From an uncultured Lachnospiraceae bacterium (GTDB lineage: Bacteria > Bacillota > Clostridia > Christensenellales > Pumilibacteraceae): a stretch of DNA of 43,665 nt. The stretch is taken from the NCBI GenBank assembly GCA_964438355.1, contig CAYTKK010000001.1:1-43665 (forward strand), written 5' to 3'. Both the position numbers and the translations under genes were made by a program. The notes beneath the pieces are model-generated. The model was not told the DNA's origin and searched no databases. It saw only the letters and a list, made by a program, of their open reading frames with translations. This document shows positions 36,902-43,665 of this stretch, piece by piece (within the stretch, counting starts at the first letter, position 1; the number at the start of each line of letters is the position of its first letter).

Positions 36902-37821
36902 CGTTCACCTCCGTCGCGCCCGAGTCTGTCGACCTCGTCGAGGTAAACGGCAAAACCGATAGCGCCGCCGCTTTTACCCATTCTTTGCATAAGATTGTCG
37001 TATTGTCCCCCGGAAAGAATGCCCGACGGCAAGCCTTCGATAAACCCCTTAAACGCCAGTCCGCTGTAATACTTCATATCGTTAACTACCGAAAAGTCGA
37101 CTACTACCTCGTCGCACGCCGCCGCGCTCAAAACGCTTTCCAGCTCGCAAAGCGCACCGAAAACGGCTTCAACGCCGATGTTTCTTATTTCCGAAATTAT
37201 CATGCTCGGCTTTCCGCATAGCGTGACCAGTTTTTTAAGAAGCGTCGCCTCCTTATCCGCAACGTTCTCGCGCTCGCACAAAGTTTTTACCGAAAACGAA
37301 TTTTTATCCGCCAAACAGGTCAAATACTCGCTTCGCCCTTCGTCGCTTATTTTCGCCGCAGAAAGAGCCGCCTCGACAATTCCCAAATGCGACACCTCCA
37401 ACACAAACGACGGCGATATTGTCCTAAGCGAATCCGACGCAAGCCGCAAAACCCGAGCCGCCTCGTCAACGCCTATCTCGCCCAGCCATTCCAGTCCTAC
37501 CTGCATAACCTCACGAAACGACCGCGAACGCTTGTCGACGCGATAAACGCGCTCGTCGTAGAAAACCTTGCTTTCGCCGCCGTCAGCCTTGCTTTTTATT
37601 ATAGACAGCGTAACGTCCGGTTTAAGAGCAAGCAATCTTCCGTCCGTATCGGTAAAAGTGATAACGTTTTCCGACACGAGAAAATCTTTATTGCGCGCAT
37701 ACAGGTCGTACTCTTCGAATTTACTCATCTTGTAAAGCGAAAAGCCTGCCTTATCGTACAATAGCCTAAGCGAAAGCGCCGCCACCTCGCCACGAGTCAG
37801 TACCGAAGTAAAATCAGTCAC
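36898..37821 (-). CDS. hisZ: ATP phosphoribosyltransferase regulatory subunit (HisRS paralogue)
   Basis: It has a class II aaRS-like core (FEEYDLY...LALKPDVT...YDERVYR) without an anticodon domain. It lies directly upstream of, and overlaps, short-form hisG. Confidence 0.82.
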   Translation of the reverse strand: MTDFTSVLTRGEVAALSLRLLYDKAGFSLYKMSKFEEYDLYARNKDFLVSENVITFTDTDGRLLALKPDVTLSIIKSKADGGESKVFYDERVYRVDKRSRSFREVMQVGLEWLGEIGVDEAARVLRLASDSLRTISPSFVLEVSHLGIVEAALSAAKISDEGRSEYLTCLADKNSFSVKTLCERENVADKEATLLKKLVTLCGKPSMIISEIRNIGVEAVFGALCELESVLSAAACDEVVVDFSVVNDMKYYSGLAFKGFIEGLPSGILSGGQYDNLMQRMGKSGGAIGFAVYLDEVDRLGRDGGER

Positions 37822-38105
37822 TCTTCCTCCCTCCCGTCAAGCACGAGCGAATATCCGCCCTTACCGTACAAAAGACATTTGTTGACCCTGCTTATGGTTG
37901 CGGTCGAAGCGCCGGTAAGTTCCGATACTTCGCGATAGTTACGCTTTTGAGACAAAAGCTGAGCTACCTCCAGCCTTTGATACATATCCTGCAACTCCTT
38001 AATGGTACAAACGTCCTCGAAAAACAGTCTGCAATCCTCCTTGCTTTTAAGCTTTAACACCGCTTCAAAAAAACCATCAAATTGCTCAATCGAAAAATTC
38101 TGCAT
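37818..38105 (-). CDS. TrpR-like YerC/YecD family DNA-binding protein, first cistron of the his operon
   Basis: The 95-aa protein reads CTIKELQDMYQRLEVAQLLSQKRNYREVSELTGASTATISRVNKCLLYGKGGY, which is the YerC/YecD pattern. Its stop overlaps the hisZ start. Confidence 0.75.
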   Translation of the reverse strand: MQNFSIEQFDGFFEAVLKLKSKEDCRLFFEDVCTIKELQDMYQRLEVAQLLSQKRNYREVSELTGASTATISRVNKCLLYGKGGYSLVLDGREEE

Positions 38106-38138
38106 ATCCCGAACTCCATATGTTTTAATTCTTTATCA

Positions 38139-38167
38139 TTTTAGCACGTTAAAGCATAGTAGTCAAG
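38139..38167 (-). promoter_or_regulatory. Sigma-A type promoter of the his operon
   Basis: The minus strand reads TTGACT (plus 38162-67), a 17-nt spacer, then TAAAAT (plus 38139-44). The leader to the yerC-like ATG is only about 30 nt. Confidence 0.55.
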
Positions 38168-38506
38168 TATCTATAAGAAAAAAGTTAAAAAATTTTAATC
38201 GCACCGCTGTTGTTCCCGACCCTGTTTTTGCTGCCGACATTTTTATTCTGCAAACATCCCTACTTTTATGTTCTAGTAAAATTTAATTTGGCGTTTGCTT
38301 TAGGTGCTCGGATTCAGGCGCTTTCCGTCTTCGTTTATTATTTTACAGCGCCTTTGGCGAAAAATATTTTTTCACAATTTTCCACACGCCAATCCCCTTC
38401 CATATAATTTTTTCGATTATTAACTTTCATAACTTTTTTCTCAAATCACGCGTTTCTTTTGAAAAGATTTTATAGTTTGCCCCCAAGCATAAGCCGACTG
38501 TTTACA

Positions 38507-38548
38507 AAAAAAATGAACGGACGAAGCCATAATGACCTCGTCCGTTCG
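38507..38548 (-). terminator. Rho-independent terminator of the giant lipoprotein gene
   Basis: Minus strand: GAACGGACGAGG-tcattatg-GCTTCGTCCGTTC, followed by ATTTTTTTT. Confidence 0.8.
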
Positions 38549-38573
38549 ACGGATTATTTACTTAACGATTTTC

Positions 38574-41500
38574 TTATGCAAGCGGATTAAATCCGAGACC
38601 GCCTACAAGAAGTTTTTGTCCTGCTTCAACGCCGATGTCGAGGCAATCCTTAAGTCCCCAGTGGTGCATATCGGTGGAGGTGGAAAGCGCGGATACCGCG
38701 GAACCGTTCCAAGCCGAGCAGATGGGACGAGTGTCACCCGAAACGAAATAGGTGTTGCTTACCTCGGCAGCTACTTCCTTTTGCATCTTAATGAACGCCT
38801 GGTTGGTAGCGACTGCAGAAGCGCTGTTGACGTTGTAGTACTCGGAAATGCCGCCGATAGCGAACGCCATGGTAGAAGCGCCGCAGTCAGCTCCGCAAAG
38901 ATTATTCATCAAAGTCGACAAATCATTGCGGATATCCGAAATGAAGCACTTAAGCGCAACCTTATACTCGGCAGGCGCCCCTCTGTCGGACTCGCCTTGC
39001 ATCCAATACAGACCTCTTATGTTAACGGAAGAGTATCCGTCGTTAAGAAGTTGTTCGACTTTAGACTTTACCTCCGCAATCAAGCCGAGATAGAGGTTAC
39101 CGGTCTTGTTGCCGACGTTTGCCGAGTTGCCGTTTACGAAAGCCGACGCCATCGTGTAACCCTTATAGTTAGCGTACGAGGGCGAGGTCCAGTTTCCGAA
39201 GGAGTTTGAACCGGTAGTCGCGTTATAAGTCAAGCAGGTGCCGCCGTGAGCGAACTTAATTATTGCCGCAGTTTTCTCCGAAGCGGTGTTGTAGTACTTG
39301 GAAAGCGTTACAGCCATACCTGCCTCGGGACCAACCTTATAAGTGCTTTGTCCGAGACCGAGTTTTACGCCGATAAAGGTATCCTGTCTGTTTTCGGACA
39401 AAGTCGCAAAGTTGTTGGAATCACCGCGAGCCGTACCTGCGTACAATACATTCGAGAAACCGTCTTTAAGGTCTTTCGAATAGTTGTTATAAGCGTAATC
39501 CGCTCCGCCGTAGCCGCCGGAAGAAATCATAGTATAGCCGGAGGCGTTGGACTGACCTGCGATAAGGTAAATGTCGATCGCGCCGCTTTCGGTTTCGGGC
39601 AATGCCGCAACCATAGCGTCAATCATCGTCGCGTTCTTGGTGTAATTTATCTTTCTTATGCTAACGTCGGGAGCAGAATCCTGCATACCTACTACGCCGA
39701 TTCCGCTTTCACCGGCAATTCCGGTGTAGTAATACGACTTAAGGAACACGTCGTTTACGAATACGTAATAGCGCATACCGTCGCGAATAACGCCGAGTTT
39801 AATCTGCGTTTCGTCGTAAGCAACGTCTGCCGCGTCAAGCGCGCGCTTCCAATCGACAAGCACGCTACCGTTAGCACCCCAGCCGGAAGAAACCGCAATT
39901 ACACCGACCTTGCTTCCGCGAACGGCAAAGCCGATCTTGTAGGTGCTGTTTCCGTCAAGTTTAGCGTCGCTACCATAAGCAAGCAACAAGCCTGCAAACG
40001 AGGTAGTGAAAGCCTGTGAGTTTTCGGTCGAATCGAACACGCCCTCGACGTAATACTTAGTACCGCTAAATCCGTCGGCAAGCGCAAACGTGTTGTGCTG
40101 AACAAGAACAGAGTCGCGGCTATTGTCTATAAGCGCCCAAGCGCTACCGGACGTTTTCGTTCCGTCGTTGGTTACGTTGTTAAAGCTGTTGTTAGATACT
40201 CCGTTAACGGTGACCGCGCCGCCCAAATAAGCCTCGGAAAGCGTAGCCGTAATCGCGTTCGCTCCCTCGTTAAGCGATACGTAAAGCGTATTTACGGTAT
40301 AGCCGTACGTCTGGCTCGCGTAAGCGGAATCGCAGTACTTAATGTCCATTCTGTAAGAGCCGACCTTGAACTTGTCTTCATTCGACTTCCAAGTGGTCGT
40401 CTCGCCGCTAGAAAGGTTGGTAAGCGTTACCGTAGCCGCGTTATCGTCTACGTCGTAGAACGCGTAATCCTTCGAGCCGAAACTAAGACCCGCGGATTTA
40501 AGATTCAGAGAAATCGTCGCCTTTGCCTCGGTGGGCGCGTCCACGAACGTTGCCTCAATCTTATATTCCTCGCCCGGATTTACGGTGAACGTAACGGTAA
40601 CCGCACCGCTTTCCGCCGTAAGCGAATAAGTAGTCTCCTTGGTTCCGCGGAGGACCTTAATCGTGTCGATAACCTTTTCCGAAGGAACGTTAACGGTAGC
40701 TACCGCCTTGCCCTTACCGATAAGCGTGCCGCTGGCAATAGCCGCATCGCCGCTGACGGTGCTTGCACAGCTTCCGCTTTGCGTTACGGTTATTCCGTCG
40801 CCAAACGTTACCTTAGAGAATAGGTCGGGGTACTTTTTAAGAATCTCGTCGTAACCTACCGCAAAGCCGTAATTCGAATACGAATGTGTCGTAGCGCCGT
40901 GCTCGCCGACAAAAATACCGAACGTGCCGTTAGACGCGTCGCCCACCGTGAAGGTATCGACCAAAACGTCGTCGACGAACACGAAGTAGTTAGCGCCTAT
41001 ACGCAAAGCTCCGATAGTATACTGAGCTTTTGCCGTTATCGGCAACGTGGTATTGAAGTTACTGCCGTTCGTAGTGGTACTGTCAGTGTGCAAGAAAAGT
41101 CTACCGATGGTCTGATTGTCGTAAATTCCGATTCCGTACCACTTGCAAGCGGACTTGGTAATCGTACCCTTCGTATCGGCGGTATTTAACACGATTCCGT
41201 TCCAGCAGTTGTTGGAACGCGCGCCGAAAGTCGCCTCTACATAGTAAACGTTTGCGTTTACGCCATACTGAAGCAGAACGGAACTCTTATCCGCGGTACC
41301 CGCGGTAGCGCTGGTGGGAACGTGATTGTTTACAAGCGAAAGCGTCTGCTGAGTAAAGTCGTTGTTGTACTCGCCGCCGAGCATCGGGATAAGTCCGGTT
41401 TCGCTGTTTGCGAGTATATCGTTGTAAATGCGCTCTTGCGTTACTGCCGCAAAGCTATCGAACGTAGCGCTGACACTAGAAGCGGAATCACTTGCAACGC

Positions 41501-43022
41501 CCACAACCGCGTCGAAATCGGTCGTAGCAGTATAGTTTGCTACCTGAACGTCGTTGATAAAGACAATATAGAGGTTACCCTTACGAATAGCCGATACCTT
41601 TACCGCAGTAGTAGGATTCTTAACCAAATTAGCCGCAGACGTCGGTACGGTACACAAGTACCTTAAAGGAGTCGTAAGCGACGTGTCGTTTATATACAAT
41701 CTGTTGCCGCCGCTGTAAGTAGCTGTAAGCACTTTGCCGTCCTTCTCGCCGAGACGCAAGCCTATAATCTTGCCTACGTCGCCGCTACCGAACGTTACGC
41801 TCGCGGAAATGTAATAATTCTTGGTGCTGAGCGTAGTCGTAGCAGCGCCCTTATTTGTTACGGACACAATGCCTGCGTCGCTTTGCGTAGCCGCGTCCGT
41901 AGCGGTAAGCGTATAACGCGGCGTAATTTCATAATCGCCGTCGAACGAGTCATAAACGGTATTTACGTCAAACGCGTACAGAATGCCGTCGTATCTAAAG
42001 GAAACGGTCCACTGTCCGTAAGGAAGCGCGAGATTGATTTCGTCTGCCGCGCTGCCCTCGATTTCCTTGTCTACAACATTAGAGGAATTCGTCTTGTCGG
42101 TTGCCTTAATATCGGTTACTTTCGACGAATCGAAGGTGAACATCGGTACCGAATTGTTGTCGGAAAGCATATACTCTGCCGCACTGAGTTTGTAATTAAA
42201 CTCGTACAATCTGGTAACGGGTTTATAAACCGCCATAAGACGAACCGTCGTGCCGTCCATAAGCTTGTTCATATCGTAACGCACGGAAGAATCCCCTTTA
42301 TCGAAGTCGTACCAGTAGTCGATTTCGTAATTGTACTGGACATCGGACGCCTTACTAAACGCCGGGATCTTCGAAGTCGGGATAGCCTTACCCGTCTTTA
42401 CCTCGACGGTAGTGGAGAACACGCCCTCGCTGCCGAATTTAACAGTCGTCCTTGCCGCTTTGTAATAAAGAGCAAGCTCGGTAGTTCCATCGACTGCAAG
42501 CGAATCGCTTTGCTTCGTTCCCGTTACCGAAGCGTCGAACGTATAACCCTCGTACGTCTTTTCGGTAGCCGTAACCGTCTCCCCGGGTATAGCCGTCAAG
42601 TTTTCGGTATCCTGAAGCACCCATCCGTCCAGCAAATCGTTTTCCACGTAGTGCTTAACGGTATAGCCTACCTGCTGCACGGGCGAAACCGTAACGGTAA
42701 AGACAGCGGTTGCGGTGTCTTCGCCAACCGAAGCGGTAACCGTAATTTTAGCAGTTCCCGCAGCTACCGCAGTCACCCTTCCGCCGTAAGTCGAAACGGT
42801 CGCTACGTTCGTGTTATCGGACGCAAACGTAAATATCGCACCCGATTCGCTTGACGTGGGTTCGAGCACCATCGACTGCCCCACCTGAAGCGTAGCAGAT
42901 GTACTGGGTAACGAAACGGTCAATTTACCGTCGCCACCGTTGCTGTCTGCGCAACCGACCATGACCAGCGACAAAACAAGCGCGAGAAGCGTTACCAGCA
43001 CGATGCTAAGTTTCTTTCTCAT
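38574..43022 (-). CDS. Giant multidomain surface lipoprotein (1482 aa) with a C-terminal SASA-type carbohydrate O-acetylesterase domain
   Basis: It has a signal peptide plus lipobox (LSLVMVGC, Cys24). A Big_2-like Ig domain covers aa 33-113 (VATVSTYGGRVTAVAAGTAKITVTA). A MucBP-like beta domain covers aa 118-188 (YTVKHY...GYTFD...LALYYK). Three related beta-sandwich modules each end in Y-x-VF-x-(N/D)-DV (aa 484-494, 678-688, 1084-1094). The C-terminal esterase has IYLIAGQSNASGY and LYWMQGESD (aa 1147-1470). Confidence 0.85.
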   Translation of the reverse strand: MRKKLSIVLVTLLALVLSLVMVGCADSNGGDGKLTVSLPSTSATLQVGQSMVLEPTSSESGAIFTFASDNTNVATVSTYGGRVTAVAAGTAKITVTASVGEDTATAVFTVTVSPVQQVGYTVKHYVENDLLDGWVLQDTENLTAIPGETVTATEKTYEGYTFDASVTGTKQSDSLAVDGTTELALYYKAARTTVKFGSEGVFSTTVEVKTGKAIPTSKIPAFSKASDVQYNYEIDYWYDFDKGDSSVRYDMNKLMDGTTVRLMAVYKPVTRLYEFNYKLSAAEYMLSDNNSVPMFTFDSSKVTDIKATDKTNSSNVVDKEIEGSAADEINLALPYGQWTVSFRYDGILYAFDVNTVYDSFDGDYEITPRYTLTATDAATQSDAGIVSVTNKGAATTTLSTKNYYISASVTFGSGDVGKIIGLRLGEKDGKVLTATYSGGNRLYINDTSLTTPLRYLCTVPTSAANLVKNPTTAVKVSAIRKGNLYIVFINDVQVANYTATTDFDAVVGVASDSASSVSATFDSFAAVTQERIYNDILANSETGLIPMLGGEYNNDFTQQTLSLVNNHVPTSATAGTADKSSVLLQYGVNANVYYVEATFGARSNNCWNGIVLNTADTKGTITKSACKWYGIGIYDNQTIGRLFLHTDSTTTNGSNFNTTLPITAKAQYTIGALRIGANYFVFVDDVLVDTFTVGDASNGTFGIFVGEHGATTHSYSNYGFAVGYDEILKKYPDLFSKVTFGDGITVTQSGSCASTVSGDAAIASGTLIGKGKAVATVNVPSEKVIDTIKVLRGTKETTYSLTAESGAVTVTFTVNPGEEYKIEATFVDAPTEAKATISLNLKSAGLSFGSKDYAFYDVDDNAATVTLTNLSSGETTTWKSNEDKFKVGSYRMDIKYCDSAYASQTYGYTVNTLYVSLNEGANAITATLSEAYLGGAVTVNGVSNNSFNNVTNDGTKTSGSAWALIDNSRDSVLVQHNTFALADGFSGTKYYVEGVFDSTENSQAFTTSFAGLLLAYGSDAKLDGNSTYKIGFAVRGSKVGVIAVSSGWGANGSVLVDWKRALDAADVAYDETQIKLGVIRDGMRYYVFVNDVFLKSYYYTGIAGESGIGVVGMQDSAPDVSIRKINYTKNATMIDAMVAALPETESGAIDIYLIAGQSNASGYTMISSGGYGGADYAYNNYSKDLKDGFSNVLYAGTARGDSNNFATLSENRQDTFIGVKLGLGQSTYKVGPEAGMAVTLSKYYNTASEKTAAIIKFAHGGTCLTYNATTGSNSFGNWTSPSYANYKGYTMASAFVNGNSANVGNKTGNLYLGLIAEVKSKVEQLLNDGYSSVNIRGLYWMQGESDRGAPAEYKVALKCFISDIRNDLSTLMNNLCGADCGASTMAFAIGGISEYYNVNSASAVATNQAFIKMQKEVAAEVSNTYFVSGDTRPICSAWNGSAVSALSTSTDMHHWGLKDCLDIGVEAGQKLLVGGLGFNPLA

Positions 43023-43100
43023 TCTATCATTATCCTCCTGTCTTTGTTTTTTTGTTTTCAGTCAGACGTAAACATTCTATGACTTCCCTGACTCCTTTTT

Positions 43101-43130
43101 AGTATACCCCCCCCCCGTATATTTTGTCAA
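43101..43130 (-). promoter_or_regulatory. Promoter of the giant lipoprotein gene, with a G10 homopolymer in the spacer
   Basis: The minus strand reads TTGACA (plus 43125-30), then aaatatacGGGGGGGGGG (an 18-nt spacer; the C-run is plus 43107-43116), then TATACT (plus 43101-06). An AGGAGG RBS lies about 70 nt downstream. Confidence 0.6.
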
Positions 43131-43213
43131 GTCATTAAAGCAAAAATAAACGCCGCGTCGCGAAACTCTCTGAAACCAGTCGCGTTTTTCAAAAAGGCAG
43201 TAACACGTAACAA

Positions 43214-43237
43214 AAAACTTTTTCACGAAAAAGTTTT
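43214..43237. promoter_or_regulatory. Perfect 11-bp-arm palindrome, a candidate operator
   Basis: AAAACTTTTTC-ac-GAAAAAGTTTT. CACGAAAAA recurs as a direct repeat a few nt downstream. The site lies between the divergent lipoprotein and ArsR-type genes. Confidence 0.5.
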
Positions 43238-43398
43238 ACACGAAAAAAGCAACAAAACATCTAATGAATAGAAATACATCTTTTATTAACACAACACATA
43301 AAAAAACAAATTTTGTCTTTACAAAAGCTTTGGTCTTGTGCTAAAATTAAATCGAACCTAATTAAAAAGAGCACAAAATCCCCGAGGAGAACGATAAA

Positions 43399-43665
43399 AT
43401 GGTAAACGAAACGTTAACCTATAACCTGTGTCTAAAAGCCACCGACGACAACGATATACCCATAATCGCAAAAATCGCCGATGCTCTCGGTAGCGAAACT
43501 CGACTTAAAATACTCAAATATATCAGTCTGTTCAATCGCCCCGTCGAAATTAGCGACATCTCTAAAAACCTGTCTATCTCCAAAACGACGCTCTTGCATC
43601 ATTTGAAAAAGCTGGAAAACGCGCAAATTATTATATTTTTGTATTCGAGCGGCAAGCACGGCACG
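43399..43665 (+). CDS. ArsR/SmtB-type winged-helix regulator (N-terminal 89 aa; runs off the window)
   Basis: Hand translation from the ATG at 43399, after GAGGAGA, gives MVNETLTYNL...IAKIADALGSETRLKILKYISLFNRPVEISDISKNLSISKTTLLHHLKKLENAQII. It is not in the ORF track because there is no stop in the window. The listed minus-strand ORF 43432..43659 is its antisense shadow. Confidence 0.75.
   Translation, partial: MVNETLTYNLCLKATDDNDIPIIAKIADALGSETRLKILKYISLFNRPVEISDISKNLSISKTTLLHHLKKLENAQIIIFLYSSGKHGT

Noticed and set aside
38106-38573. A T-box riboswitch, a His leader peptide, or a small gene in the 468-bp gap upstream of the his operon.
   Set aside because: - The promoter lies only about 30 nt from the first ATG.
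- There is no T-box sequence (no GGUGGUACCGCG-like element) and no run of His codons.
- The 65-aa ORF 38210-38407 is hydrophobic junk with no RBS.
- Most of the gap is simply the lipoprotein terminator plus AT-rich spacer.
43432-43659. The 75-aa minus-strand ORF at the right edge.
   Set aside because: The opposite (plus) strand encodes a convincing ArsR-type wHTH with an RBS and an ATG at 43399, so this ORF is its shadow.

Overview
This is a chromosomal segment from an endospore-forming Firmicute, probably Clostridia-like. The evidence is spoIIID, short-form hisG plus hisZ, and a PHP-type histidinol phosphatase. G+C is roughly 50% by eye.

I found no rRNA, CRISPR array, transposase, integrase or phage genes, and only one tRNA. 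About 80% of the genes are on the minus strand.

Gene order, left to right:
- 1-3254, minus strand: the rpmG-secE-nusG-rplK-rplA-rplJ-rplL cluster, with a phased 10/20-bp repeat array upstream of its promoter.
- 3771-6138: two small membrane proteins and a MATE exporter.
- 6506-10431: a glycyl-radical enzyme (GRE), its activase and a divergent AraC regulator.
- 10594-15395: tRNA-Gly(CCC), a GluQ-tRNA synthetase-like gene and a heterodimeric ABC exporter pair.
- 15527-17077: a hypothetical membrane protein and a membrane-anchored DUF2726 protein.
- 17193-20265: the origin-associated block rpmH-rnpA-yidD-yidC-jag, but without dnaA or DnaA boxes next to it.
- 20487-23989: a TtcA-like PP-loop ATPase, then a P1B metal ATPase with a divergent TetR regulator.
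- 24146-26962: an SPFH (YdjI-like) / zinc-ribbon (YdjG-like) / membrane-protein module.
- 27243-29652: spoIIID, then a C_GCAxxG_C_C protein with an NSS transporter.
- 29784-38105: an 11-gene his operon headed by a TrpR-like YerC/YecD gene.
- 38574-43022: a 1482-aa surface lipoprotein with a C-terminal SASA esterase domain. Its promoter spacer contains a G10 homopolymer.
- 43399-43665: a partial ArsR-type regulator.

No clear-cut new system (for example a defence island) stands out. The best novelty candidates are:
1. the compact GRE locus;
2. the apparently phase-variable giant lipoprotein locus;
3. the pspA-less SPFH/zinc-ribbon module;
4. the phased repeat array, which contains a perfect DnaA box.

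All functional calls come from reading motifs in the translations. No database search was possible.
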